Origin: Eledone cirrhosa
Taxonomy: Eukaryota
Length of the DNA stretch: 64,000 nucleotides
Assembly (NCBI GenBank): GCA_964016885.1
Contig: OZ024744.1
Span: forward strand, 91,078,001 to 91,142,000
Reading direction: 5' to 3'
Each line of letters begins with the position of its first letter. The stretch's first letter is position 1. The notes under the pieces were generated by a model that saw only the letters and a list, made by a program, of their open reading frames with translations, searched no databases and was not told the DNA's origin. Position numbers and translations under genes: made by a program. Below are positions 52,200-64,000 of the stretch, piece by piece.

Positions 52200-53661
52200 A
52201 GAGTGACTTGGTGGTGGTATACAAGCCATGTATAGGGGATCAGTCAGCAAAGTTAGGATTAGCAATGAGTATAGCGAGGAATTTAGCGTACAGGTTGGTG
52301 TCCACCAGGGCTCTGTTCTTAGCCCTCTGCTGTTCATCATAGTCCTGCAGGCAATAACGGAGGAGTTTAAGACCGGATGCCCATGGGAACTCCTGTATGC
52401 AGATGACCTCGCACTTATAGCTGAATCTATGGTAGAACTAGAGAAGAAATTCCAAACTTGGAAGCAGGGACTAGAAAGAAAGGGTCTCAAAGTCAACCTG
52501 ACAAAGACTAAGGTCCTTGTAAGTAGACGAGAAAACAGAACCCAGATCCCCTCAGGGAAATGGCCTTGCTCAGTATGTAGGAAAGGTGTAGGTAGGAACT
52601 CCATTCTCTGCCCCAAATGCAAACAATGGGTACACAAGAGAAGTAGTGGGATCTCAGGAAGCTTAGCTAAGAATGTAGGCTTCAAGTGTAGCAGCTGTGC
52701 TGGGACAGCAAGCAGCAAACAGCCACAGGTAACAAGTACAACCAATCACTGGGAGGGCTCTGTAGAAACAGTAGACAGCTTCTGCTACCTAGGTGACCAA
52801 ATTAGCAGCAGAGGTGGGTGTTCAGAAAGTACAATAACTAGGGTAAGAACGGGATGGAAGAAGTTCAGAGAACTACTGCCACTGCTAGCTGCAAAAGGCT
52901 TTTCCATCAAAATGAAAGGCAGACTATATGATGCGTGTATACGAACAGCAATGTTACATGGTAGTGAGACCTGGGCGCTGAAGGTGGAAGACTTATGTAG
53001 ATTAGAAAGAAACAAAGCCTGCATGCTCCGATCGATGTGTAATAGTAATATACGTGAACGGCAAAGCATAAACAAATTGAGAGAGACTGAGCATAAGAGG
53101 AATCAAATGCTGTGTGCAGGAGAGGCGGTTGCGTTGGTATGGACATGTGATGCGTATGAAGGATGACAGCTGCATAAAAAGGTGCAGAGCACTAGAAGTC
53201 AATAGAAACCGCGGAGTGGGGAGACCCAAGAAGACCTGGGATGAGGTAATAAAAGCCGACCATACCCAATTACACCTCTCAAAGGCGATGACACACGACC
53301 GTGACCTCTGGCGTCACGCAGTAATACAGAGTACCCAACCTCCCATGACTACAAGCTGAAGCATATAGACAATATGCCCCCACACCCCCTACTGCAAAGT
53401 GGTCGTGGAGGTGCCACGGCAAAAAAAGCACCCAGCCCACACTGTAAAGTGGACGTGTAGGCGCCACGGAAAAAAAGCACCCAGCACTCACTGTAAATGA
53501 GGTTGGTGTTAGGAAGGGCATCCAGCTGTAGAAATCAAGCCAGAATCGGTTCCCGTATGAGCAAGGCATGGTCAGCCAACCAGACACTGCCCACAACAGG
53601 ACAACCCGTCTAGCCCATGCTAGCGTGGAAGAACGGACGTAAAACAGTGATGATGATGATG
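52200..53661 (+). mobile_element. RTE LINE fragment (subfamily B)
   Basis: ORFs 52228..53166 and 53114..53359; (GAT)n tail. Confidence 0.92.
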
Positions 53662-53892
53662 ATATATATATCAGTTGTAACGTGGTTGGCATTAGGAAGG
53701 GCACTCAGCTGTAGAAACCAACCCAAAATTCAAAATCATGTGAGCAAGATGTGGTCCGCTGATCTGATTTGCCTCATACCGTGACACCCCATCAAAACCA
53801 TGTGAGAACGGAAAAATATATATTAAACAGTGATGATGATGATGATGGTGGTGATATATATACATATATATCTATCTATATATATATATATA

Positions 53893-54705
53893 CTAGCTGA
53901 GGTACCGGGTAATACCCGGGAGTGGGGGTATTCCCAGTTCCCATTAAAATGCCCAATGCCTCTTAGACCAAAAATGAAATCAAAATATAGGACAGATAAT
54001 GAAAAGCGAAGACAAATTCATTTCTGAAACAATAATACAAACAAATATTGTTGATTGCATTGGTCAGGCGAAAAAATGTTTATCAGAGAAGTTGAGTGTT
54101 GTTATAAGGAAAAAATAGAACCCCCATTAGGGTGTCTTAATATTATTGAAATTTGCTGAAATTTTGTGAATAGGCATCATATCTTGTCATTTACCTATGG
54201 TTTAAATTTCATATAAATCGAAGGGAAAACATTTTCAGCAGGGTTTTCAGCCCCCGTGCAACCCTTTGATTAAAATGAAATATACTTATCCAAGTACTCT
54301 GGGCAATGTAGTTTCAGAATATATATAGTTATGGGGGTCTATCTCCAAAACCATAGGAAGAGTTTGTGAAATCTTGTTCCATTTATAGGCCAAAATTTTC
54401 ACTAAAGGGGGTATAACCCCCATTAAGGTGTCTTAATATTATTGAAATTTGCTGAAATGTTGTGAATAGGCATCATATCTTGTCATTTATCTATGGTTTA
54501 AATTTCATATAAATCAAAGGGAAAGAATTAAGCGGGGGTTTGAGCCCCAGGGGAACCCTTTGATTAAAATGAAATATACCTAAGAAATCAAATGGGCATG
54601 AGCCCCCACACATGTGTCAAGTTTCATCAAGATCGGTTTGGTAGTTTTTTAGTTTTAGGTTCACAAACTAACAAACAGACAGAAATTGCCATTTATGTGT
54701 ATAGA
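53893..54705 (-). mobile_element. Non-autonomous Helitron
   Basis: Minus strand A|TC ... ccgggtattacccgg hairpin ... CTAG|T; internal direct duplication with ~297-bp spacing. Confidence 0.78.
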
Positions 54706-54947
54706 TATATATTCATGCATCACACTAATTTTATGAACATTCATCATATTTACTTACAAAGATAACAAATATGGAGATATTATGGCAAAGTGTTATTTTA
54801 CTGATGCGTGACTTTTGCACCACTCTGTATTACTATATTATTTGTTCCAGCCAACAGGCTGAGGCCATGCTGGGGCACTGACATTGGATAGAGTTAGGGT
54901 TATGGTTATATATATGTTATTTCTTTAGAAATTGAAATCAAACCAAC

Positions 54948-55025
54948 CTTCTTAATCATATCTTGCTGAACAACCTTTTTGACATCTTGTACTCTTTTCC
55001 CTTTGTATTCACCAACCTTCAGAAC
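54948..55025 (-). CDS. LARS1: LeuRS exon
   Basis: ag|VLKVGEYKGKRVQDVKKVVQQDMIKK|gttggt; 78 nt. Confidence 0.93.
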
Positions 55026-55297
55026 CTAAAATATTAAAATCAAGAGTAATCAACAGTGAAAAACAATAAGATCAGAAGTAGAACAGGCTTTGATATTACA
55101 TTGTTACAGCCTTGATAAATACATATAAGGCAACAAATTGTCAGTGTCATTAGAATATCGGCATTTTCCTATCCCAAGCTAGCGTTGATAATGGACGTTA
55201 ACCGTTTAGCATTTATATTACTCTATATTTACTACTGTATTTTTGTGGTAAAGGCTTTATCTTACATAATTATCTCACATAATATTGAATCTACGAG

Positions 55298-55484
55298 GGC
55301 GGTGGATTGGCAGTATCGGTAGAGAGTCGGACACCATGCTTTGAAGCATAGAGTTACGTCCCTTTATGATCTGAGTTCAAATCCCGCCGAGGTTAATTTT
55401 GCCTTTCATCCTTACGGGGTCAATAAAATAAAGGTACCAGTAATGTACTGGGTAATTGCTGGCCTTGTGCTTAAAATAGAAACA
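55298..55484 (+). mobile_element. tRNA-derived SINE with 19-bp TSD
   Basis: TSD ataatattgaatctacgag (55279-55297 / 55485-55503); sits inside a piggyBac-type MITE. Confidence 0.88.
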
Positions 55485-57170
55485 ATAATATTGAATCTAC
55501 GAGATCTTGATGATATTTATTTTGAGAACAATACCTTAACATAAGTATGAGCAGCCAGTTAGAACAGAAAGAGGTGAGAGAATTCTGGCCGGATATGGCC
55601 GGTTTAAATGCTAAAGGGTTAAACAATAATAATGATGAGGATGATAAATGTTTTGCAGTATACGTTTCAGTTCTCTGCTCCAAGTTCAAATCCTGCCAAA
55701 GTCAATTTTGCCTTTCATCCATCCGAGGTTGATGAAAAAAAAAGTACCAATCTAGTAGTGGGGCCAATTCTTCTTCCACTATATCTCTTTCTCACTTCCA
55801 TTCTCTCACACTTTCTATCCTTCTCTGGAAGAAATCTGTTGTATTCAGACCTTGCTGAGGAGATGAGCTCTGTCAGGCTTTAAAAAGAAAATGCCCAAGA
55901 AATGTTGTAGGTCAATACGGTTCCCCTAACACTCCACCAGGAGTTACAGGACCATATAATACATACAGCAAAGTCAGTTAAGTTCTGTCCAATTCACATG
56001 ATGTTTAACCCTTTAGCATTTAAACTGGCCATATCGGGCCAGAATTCTCTCACCTCTTTCTGCTAAAATTGACTGTAACTGGCCACTCATACTTATGTTA
56101 AATTATTGTTTTCAGAATAAATATTATTAAAATCTCATAGATTCAATATCATATGAGATAATTATGTGAGATAAAGCCTTTACCATGAAAATACAATAGT
56201 AAATATAGAGTAATGTGAATGGTAAAGGATAAGGAAAAAGATCCCATAACTCCTTGTGGAGTCGTAGAGCCACTGTCATACGGTATGTCTAGGGCACTTT
56301 TAAACCTGGCAAAGTCCAACCCTCTCCAGGTCTGAACACAGCCAATTTTTTTTTTATAGAGGAAGAATCAACCCCAGTACTGGACTGGTACTTTTTTTTT
56401 TATCGACCTCGAAAGGAGAAAAGGCAAAGTTGACCCCGACAGGATTTGAACTCCGAGCGCACAACGAGGTCGGACGAATATCGTAAAGCATTCTATCCGA
56501 CGTCTTAACGACTCTACCAATTCACCGCCTGTAAATGTTAAGTGTTAAATGGACACGAAGATATGCATTGACTGATCATCAGAGAATTAGGGGTTTGTTG
56601 CTATGAATCAAACATCTCAATATATATATTTTTTAAATATTTCCAAGGTAACAAAATTCCAACAACATTCTTATCATTATTTTTAACATTTATTGTCTTA
56701 TTTGCATTGCTTGTAACCTTCCCCACTTCCCACTCCCCCAGTCCCTACAGAACACCTATTTTTTAAACCACCAAAACAATGATACACATTGTTGTGTATA
56801 TATGTGAGGTTAGCTCTGCTTCTCGTCCTTCCAGGGTCAATAAAATAAAGTACCAGTAATGCACTGGGGTCGATTTTATTGACTTTCATTCTCCCAGAAT
56901 TGTTGACCTTGTGCCTAAATCGGTAATTATTATTATTATCATTATTATTCGTTGTAGATTGGCACAATCGGTAGAGCGTCGGACACCATGCTTCGCGACA
57001 TAATTATGTCCCTTTACATTCTGAGTTCAAACCCCGCCAAGGTTAGCTTTGCCTTATGCCGTACCAGTCACACACTGGGTTGATATAATCGACTTTCCCT
57101 TCTCTCCAAATTGCTGGCCATGTTCCTATAGTAGAGACAATTATTATTATCATTATTATTCAGTCGGGCA

Positions 57171-57350
57171 GTGGATTGGCAGTATCGGTAGAGGGTCGGA
57201 CGCCATGCTTTCCAGCATAGTTACGTCCCTTTACGATCTGAGTTCAAATCCCGCCGAGGTTGACTTTGCCTTTCATCCTTACGGGGTCGATAAAATAAAG
57301 TACCAGTAATGCACTGGGTAATTGCTGGCCTTGTGCCAAAAGTAGAAACA
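57171..57350 (+). mobile_element. tRNA-derived SINE with 19-bp TSD
   Basis: TSD attattattcagtcgggca. Confidence 0.88.
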
Positions 57351-57369
57351 ATTATTATTCAGTCGGGCA

Positions 57370-58230
57370 ATGTGTTCAATAGGAATTCAACTCTAGAGCT
57401 CTATAGAGGTTTAGTGCTGGGCAAGTGTAACAACGCTCTCCAAGATGCTCTAAGTGACAATGTAATCGAACTGACCAGTCTGCTCAGGACTTTAGAGAAA
57501 GGGACTATGCATAGCTTCCAGTATTTCCCTCGCTTGGCAGTGCTACCAGGGGAGCTCTGCCAGTTCGAGATAAACTCTACAGGCACAGAAGTGCAGTCAG
57601 ACGGACCTGTCCAACGAAACTGTTCTACATGCACTCATCCAGTGTTAGTGCATTACTGACATGTGGAGTTATGTCAAACAGTTGTTGCCACATGTAGGAC
57701 AGAACCGACTATCGATCGAGCCCATAGTAAAGATCGCCCCCACCACCTTCTTTTGGCAGGGAGTTTACCTCTGTCTGGTAGCAATAGCGAAAGAGGTTAT
57801 ATGGTGGATCAGGTTGAAAGGACTGAAGACAGACACTTTTTTTCTTTGGCCAATCCCTCATCAACTTTTTCAAGTTTCACTTGGAAAGGAAGGCAAGGGT
57901 GGAGAGAGAAGTGCTGCCCCCACCCCCAGTACATTTGTAAAAAAGGCGGGTGAATATTGCAAGGACGGTCCACGTTAAAGGGCCTACTCTGACCATGTGC
58001 CTGTAGGCTGGCTGATTTGAAGAGGTGAGGAGCACCAGGTGGTTTAGAAATTGTGAGGTTCCTAAGTCACCTTTTGGTGGTCCTCCTCCTATTGGGGAAT
58101 TTTCATTGTTATACATTTTGTTGTTTATTTTTATTTGTTATTTATATATTTTTCTCAATTTTTATGTAACCCCCGTCCCCCCCCCGTCCCCTTTTTGTCA
58201 GCCCTTGTGGCAAATAAAAAAAAAAAAAAA
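57370..58230 (+). mobile_element. Degenerate L1/Tx1-like 3' fragment
   Basis: Homologous to 24393-25358 (LAWQCYQG.LPVRDKLYRH, AIAKEVIWW.RLKGL); poly(A) end. Confidence 0.75.
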
Positions 58231-58249
58231 ATAATAATAATAATAATTT

Positions 58250-58610
58250 TCTGACAAAGAAAAAAGATTGTGCCCGATTAGATGTAGCCTGCCCCTTTGA
58301 CACGAGAGTGGAAGAAAAGGAGAAGGAGAAAATTAACTGATACCAGTGGGAATTGAAAAGGATTCGGAACTGCCATGAGATCAAGGTCGTCCCAATTGTC
58401 ATAGGTACACTAGGTACTATCTCAAAGAGTTTCCAAGGATGGTTAAAGAAGATTAGTCCAGCCTCCTTTTTTGGACCACTTCAAAAGGCATGTTTGCTGG
58501 GAACAGCAAGAACCCTCCGATACGTCCTGAATATCTGAGGCTGCAGGTAGCGGCTTGATGTTCATTTGAACAAACTTTCCAGTTAAACAACATCAATGAC
58601 TGAGACTCTA
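58250..58610 (+). mobile_element. R4/Dong-like non-LTR element, REL endonuclease end
   Basis: DVACPFDTRV.EKE.EK...VVPIVIGTLG...LQKACLLGTARTLR; flanked by (TAA)n. Confidence 0.78.
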
Positions 58611-58649
58611 ATAATAGTAATAATAATAGTAATAACTAGAAAAACTGAC

Positions 58650-58790
58650 CCCTTCATAAAAACCCTTTTTGTAAACCACTTCTTTTGCTTCAGTCAGTTT
58701 ATCTTTGTCATTCTGGCTCTGTATCTTCATCTGCTTGCAAACCTCTTCCACGCTGAAGCTGCTGTCACCAGGAATGGTTATAATAGAGAT
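58650..58790 (-). CDS. LARS1: LeuRS exon
   Basis: ag|ISIITIPGDSSFSVEEVCKQMKIQSQNDKDKLTEAKEVVYKKGFYEG|gtcagt; 141 nt. Confidence 0.95.
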
Positions 58791-59217
58791 CTGTTGGAAA
58801 GAATGGACAAATATACAGAAATTATAAACAAAATGTATTTATATACTCAATGTATACACATTGTATATGTAATGTATGTATAATGATCTGTTTGAAAGAA
58901 TGGACAAATATACAGAAATTATAAACAAAATGTATTTATATACTCAATGTATACACATTGTATATGTAATGTATGTATAATGATGCAGCAGTGTACGATT
59001 TTTGTCCCACCCTTGCAAGCAGTGAAAGAATGAACAAATATACAGAAATTAAAAACAAAATGTATTTATACACATTGTATACACATAGTGTATACAATTT
59101 ATGTATAATGAACTGTTTGAAATAATGGATAAAAATTACAGAAATTATAAACAATTTTTTATATACACACACTCATTATATATATATAAATATGTAATAA
59201 ACAACACAATACAATTA

Positions 59218-59290
59218 TTCCATTTACCAAAGGTTTCACGAAGACAGGCGATCTCAACAGAGATGTCTGAAGTCGTTCATCAGAAATGAA
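59218..59290 (-). ncRNA. Minimal type I hammerhead ribozyme (left arm of palindrome)
   Basis: Reverse-complement copy of 59323-59395 with intact CUGAUGA, GAAA and GUA. Confidence 0.65.
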
Positions 59291-59322
59291 AATTTTATAT
59301 GGATATATATCCTTATTAAATT

Positions 59323-59395
59323 TTCCTTTCTGATGAACGACTTCAGACATCTCTGCTGAGTTCGCCTGTCTTCGTGAAACCTTTGGTAAATGGAA
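59323..59395 (+). ncRNA. Minimal type I hammerhead ribozyme (right arm of palindrome)
   Basis: UUCCUUU-CUGAUGA-ACGA..AGACA..UGUCU-UCGU-GAAA-CC[UUU]GG-UA^AAUGGAA. Confidence 0.72.
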
Positions 59396-59695
59396 TAATT
59401 GTATTGTGTTATTACATAATTAAATAGCTCTGTACTTTACATAGAGCACTCTTCTTTCCTTTACTTTTCTAGGGAAACACTTCACACACACACATATATA
59501 TATATATATATACCCATATGTCTGTGTGTGTGTGTGTATAATGAACTGTTTGAAAGGATGGACAAGAATATAGAAATAAAAAACAATATTTATACATACA
59601 TTATACACACCTTGTATATACACAAGTGTACAATGATTTGTTTGAAATGATGGACAAGATTACAGAAATTGAAAACAAAATATATTTATACACAA

Positions 59696-59944
59696 CTAGC
59701 AAAAGAGCCCATCATTGCCGGGCACACCTTTCACCACTGTAAATAAGACCCCCCCCCCCCCTCAATATGGCGGTCTTTAAATAGTCCTAGAACTTTGCAA
59801 TTTTAGGCGAGAGAAAAATTAAAACTATATGTTGACATGTTCTGGGAGCTAAATAACCTATGTATCAAATTTGAACAAAATTGGATGGAAACCGTGGAAA
59901 TGCATCACCTGCATACAGGCAGACAGACATTTTCGTTTTTATAT
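59696..59944 (-). mobile_element. Non-autonomous Helitron fragment
   Basis: CTAG|T end with gccc/gggc hairpin; gtctgtctg near the 5' end. Confidence 0.6.
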
Positions 59945-59945
59945 G

Positions 59946-60284
59946 CCCCATTGGATGTGCAAAACATAGACGATTTGTGAGAGAAACTGTGTATAAGAGG
60001 GATAAGTTGTAGTGTGCAGGAGAGAAGACTGTGTTGGTATGGACATGTGATGTGCATGGAGGATGACCGTTGGGTAAATAAGTGCCAAGAAATCCCAGTG
60101 GAAGGAAGATGCAGTAGAGAAAGACCACGAAAAACGTGGGCAGAGGTAGTGAGAGCTAATCTCAGATCGTTGAAGCTCACAGAGGAGATGACAAAGGACC
60201 GTGACAAATGGAGAGCTGTGTTGAATAGGACCAATCCCACCCTTGCAAGCAGGGAAAAGCAGACATATGATGATGATGATGATG
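59946..60284 (+). mobile_element. RTE LINE 3' fragment (subfamily C)
   Basis: ORF 60014..60325; (GAT)n tail. Confidence 0.82.
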
Positions 60285-60764
60285 ATATATATATACACAC
60301 ATTGACTATTTTCAGTATTCCTTAGATGTTTCTTTTTCCAATATAACAGATTCACGAACATCAGCCTTAACAATAGACTATGTATGTTTGTATGTTTATT
60401 TATTTATACATCTGTCTGTAACTCTTCGAAATTTATCCATACAAACATACATACATGTACACAATGTATTTCTTATCCCAGTCACGTGCTAAGGTCCTGT
60501 GTCCTAACCCGACATCTCTCCCCATAAATAGTTATTTCGCCAAAGTTACTCATATATGTTTAACATTTATGTAATTATATCCTAAGAATAAATTACTAAA
60601 GTAATATGTTTATATCATTAGTCACTTCCACATATCAGTTATCAACATAAACTATAGGATTCCTCTCATACAAAATGCAAATTTCCTAGTTTATACAATT
60701 GTTCATGTATCTAGTAATCTGGTATATATGGTATACAAAACCTAGACTCCAAAAATTAATGACA

Positions 60765-61421
60765 CTAGCAGAAAAACCAACCTTTGGGTGGTTTTCTGCT
60801 AGCATGTGTAGTGTGTATATTGATATTATACGCAGGTATATACATCAAATAAAATCGTAATTGACAATATAATACATAGAAATTGAATGAAGTCTGCGTT
60901 ACACTGTCCTATGTAATCAGTAACGTAATCCATGATACATTAAAAAAAGACGATATTATATATAAACTGCATTAGGAGAAAATTAGTGACAGAAAATTAG
61001 TGTTTATTTAAGCGATGGCCAACCGGAAGTGTTGACATTTCAGAAATTTTAAAGAAGTGAATCTTTAAATAAACAAAATATATTTAATGAACAGCCACGA
61101 AATTTAGTAGATAAATTATGTAATATTCATTCATTATTTATTCAAAGTGAATTGGCAGTATCGGTAGAGGGTTGGACGCCATGCTTTGTAGCATAGTTAC
61201 GTCCCTTTACAGTCTGAGTTCAGATCCCGCCGAGGTTAACTTTGCCTTTCATCCTTACGGGGTCGATAAAATAAAGTACCAGTAATGTACTGGAAATTGC
61301 TGGTCTTGTGCCAAAAGTAGAAACAATTATTTATTCAAAGTAATCCAACTTATTTTACTAATGGGATAAAAAATTATAAACCGTACGCAGTCCCGCGCTC
61401 CTTACTTTATTATAGTTTAGA
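60765..61421 (-). mobile_element. Non-autonomous Helitron with nested SINE (61149-61325)
   Basis: A|TCTAAACTATAATAAAG ... hairpin-CTAG|T; SINE TSD attatttattcaaagt. Confidence 0.65.
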
Positions 61422-61745
61422 TTCAATGCTATTGCCATCATTATAGACAACACCAGTCCACTAGGATATACAAAGTGCATTCAGAAAGTTTTGAGTCTTC
61501 TTCAGGACAGACATTTATTAATTTCAAAGAAGTACAAAACTCTAATCTCTTTCAAAGTAGTATCCTCTGAATTCAATGCACTTTGTGAAGGCCCCTTGAA
61601 AATCATTCAAAGTGAAAGTGTCCAGGATCCTTGTTATGTCCTTCTTCACCTTCTTAATGTCTTTAAAATGACTGCCCCTGAGGTTCTCCTTCAGCTTGAG
61701 GAACAACCAAATGTTACAGGGAGCAAGGTCTGGACTGTATAAATA

Positions 61746-62470
61746 CCGTATTTCCCAAAACTGGTCTTATATTATTTTTCCATAAAAAGAAGCTACTAGG
61801 GTTTATTTTCAGGGTAGGGTATATATTTTGACACAAAAAATAACAGCACAAAGGTTTTCATAAAAGTATTGTTATAGTGATGTCAATAAAGGATATATAT
61901 TATAGAGCTAAAAACAATATCATTAAAAGAATTTATTATATTACTTATGAGCAAGACTCTGAAAATATACATTTTATATTATTTTTTATATTATTTTTTT
62001 CACAAAATGTGCTAGGGCTTATTTTCAGGGTAGGGCTTATATTTAAAATGAACAGCAACATAAAAATCACACAAGGACTTATTTTCGAGGTAGGGCTTAT
62101 ATTTAAAATGAACAACAACATAAAAATCACACAAGGACTTATTTTCGAGGTAGGGCTTATATTTAAAATGAACAGCAACATAAAAATCACACAAGGACTT
62201 ATTTTCGAGGTAGGGCTTATATTTAAAATGAACAACATAAAAATTACACAAGGAGTTATTTTTGAGGTAGGACTTATATTTAAAATGAACAACATAAAAA
62301 TTACACAAGGAGTTATTTTTGAGGTAGGGCTAATATTTATAATGAACAACAACATATAAATCACACAAGGACTTATTTTCGAGGTAGGACTTATATTTAA
62401 AATGAACAGCAACATAAAAATCATGGTAGGACTTATTTTTGGAGTAGATTTTATAATAGGGGAAACATGG
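61746..62470. mobile_element. pogo/Tc1-type non-autonomous element with internal 60/57-bp tandem array (62010-62460)
   Basis: TA|ccgtatttccc ... gggaaacatgg|TA. Confidence 0.75.
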
Positions 62471-62504
62471 TATTCACTAGAAAATAGAAATAAATAAAAC
62501 TTAC

Positions 62505-62558
62505 AGGTTCAAAGTCTAGCACCATATGGTCCTGGATTCCATATTTCTCTCTAAATGG
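62505..62558 (-). CDS. LARS1: Leucyl-tRNA synthetase (cytoplasmic), first exon visible in window
   Basis: ag|PFREKYGIQDHMVLDFEP|gtaagt; 54 nt, phase 0/0; resembles the LeuRS editing-domain region (..REKYGI.D.MVL.FEP). Confidence 0.92.
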
Positions 62559-62645
62559 CTGGATTAAAGAAAGGAAGAACCAAATCATTAACAATGAAAT
62601 TCTAACACAATAAAATCACAAGTTATATTTTTTTTATATTGTTTA

Positions 62646-63860
62646 TCTATATTACTAAAACAGAGAATGTCTGTCTGTCTGTCTGTCTCCCTAAAACTCG
62701 AGAACCACCCAACCAAGTTTTTTCAAACTTTACACATGTAATACTTATGGTCCTGTGCGTGTTTTGAGCAAAAAAAATTTCAAATTTTCAATGCCCTAGG
62801 GAACGCATTAGGCGATTTAGCGATCTCTCTCTATAATTCTTAGTCTTTCTCTTTTTAGATAGATACATAGATGTAACGTTGCACCCTTATAATATCTGTC
62901 TGTATGCCTGGTTGTCTGCATTACGTCATTATGATGCGGTGTGTGTGTGTATGTATATATGTATATATGTTGTGTGTGTATATATATATATACAAAAACA
63001 AAATATAAACAAACAAGGCTGGTGATTACATAATCACATGCATCACTGACAGATATTTTTGCATACACAAAAACAAAATATAAACAAACAAGGCTGGTGA
63101 TTACATAATCACATGCATCACTGACAGATATTTTTGCATACACAAAAACAAAATATAAACAAACAAGGCCAACGATTACATCAGTTAGTCTTAGTGTACT
63201 TCATACTGCTTTTAGGTAGAAGATCCTGTTAAGGGTGAAAGCAGCGATTCATTTTCTGCATTCACAGATTGATTTTTTTAGTTTCAGAAGATCCCGTTAA
63301 GGGTGAAAGCAGCGATTCTTTGCTTAAACTTTAATCTGTTATTTTAATATATATATATATAATTATGACCAAATGTTAAACAAGGTTCATTGATTATTCA
63401 ATAAATATAGTTTTACAATAGATTAAAAGCACTCAACAAAGAAGTTTTCTGGAGTTATTAATATTATTCAAAATATTAATAAATGGAAACATTCACATAA
63501 TCAAAATGTCTTGATGGTTCAATTCCAGTATTGGCAGACTGGAATTGAACCATCAGCACAGTTGAGGTATGTCATGTATCAATTTATGTATTTTATCTGA
63601 TGAGTACATACTGAAAAAACAACACAGTACCTCCAAAATATATATAATAAAACATATATTTTGATTATGTGAATGTCTTCATTTATTAATATTTTGAATA
63701 ATATATATATAATTATATATTCGTATAGATATTTTTGCATACACAATAACAAAATATAAACAAAACGTATTTATTTCACGAGGCTCGATAAAGATAAATA
63801 TATATCAAATATATAAGAACCCTAGAGCAAATCCTGAGCAACGCCGGGCCATTCTGCTAG
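62646..63860 (+). mobile_element. Non-autonomous Helitron with internal 75-bp repeats and hammerhead-bearing cargo
   Basis: A|TCTATATTACTAAAA..(gtct)n ... cctgagcaacgccggg..CTAG|T. Confidence 0.68.
63585..63656 (+). ncRNA. Degenerate minimal hammerhead (GAAA>AAAA)
   Basis: UAUGUAUUUUAU-CUGAUGA-G..UACUG/CAGUA..C-AAAA-U[AUAU]A-UA^AUAAAACAUA. Confidence 0.55.
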
Positions 63861-64000
63861 TATTTATACTATTACATTGGTCATCATCATCATTATCATC
63901 ATCATTCTCATCACCACCGTTTAACATCCATTTTTCATGCTGACATGTGTTAGACAAGTTGTCCCGTTGTAAGACAAGCCAGGTCAGATGACAATGCCTT

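Larger units (their letters stand above)
59203..59410. repeat. 208-bp near-perfect palindrome
   Basis: Arms pair about a ggatatatatcc centre (59301-59312). Confidence 0.92.

Noticed and set aside
61877-62424. 160-aa repetitive ORFs on both strands
   Set aside because: They derive from the 60/57-bp internal array of a non-autonomous transposon.

Overview
AT-rich, repeat-dense animal genomic DNA. The repeat content looks like an octopod cephalopod, which is inference. One gene dominates: cytoplasmic leucyl-tRNA synthetase (LARS1) on the minus strand. I traced 17 GT-AG exons from 62558 down to 11283. They total 1944 nt, splice into one stop-free frame of 648 codons, and carry the KMSKS motif across an intron. 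The 5' part of the gene and the expected C-terminal extension are not visible in the window. The introns hold truncated RTE LINEs with a PHD-like finger inside the RT region, and Tx1/L1-, R4/Dong- and CRE-like fragments. They also hold tRNA-derived SINEs, mariner/pogo/hAT/piggyBac-type MITEs, non-autonomous Helitrons and several mini- and microsatellites. The most notable hidden signal is a set of minimal type-I hammerhead ribozyme motifs (CUGANGA...GAAA...NUH). Several lie in or beside long DNA palindromes near (TA)n tracts, and four are on the LARS1 sense strand. They most likely derive from Penelope-like pLTRs or retrozyme-like elements.
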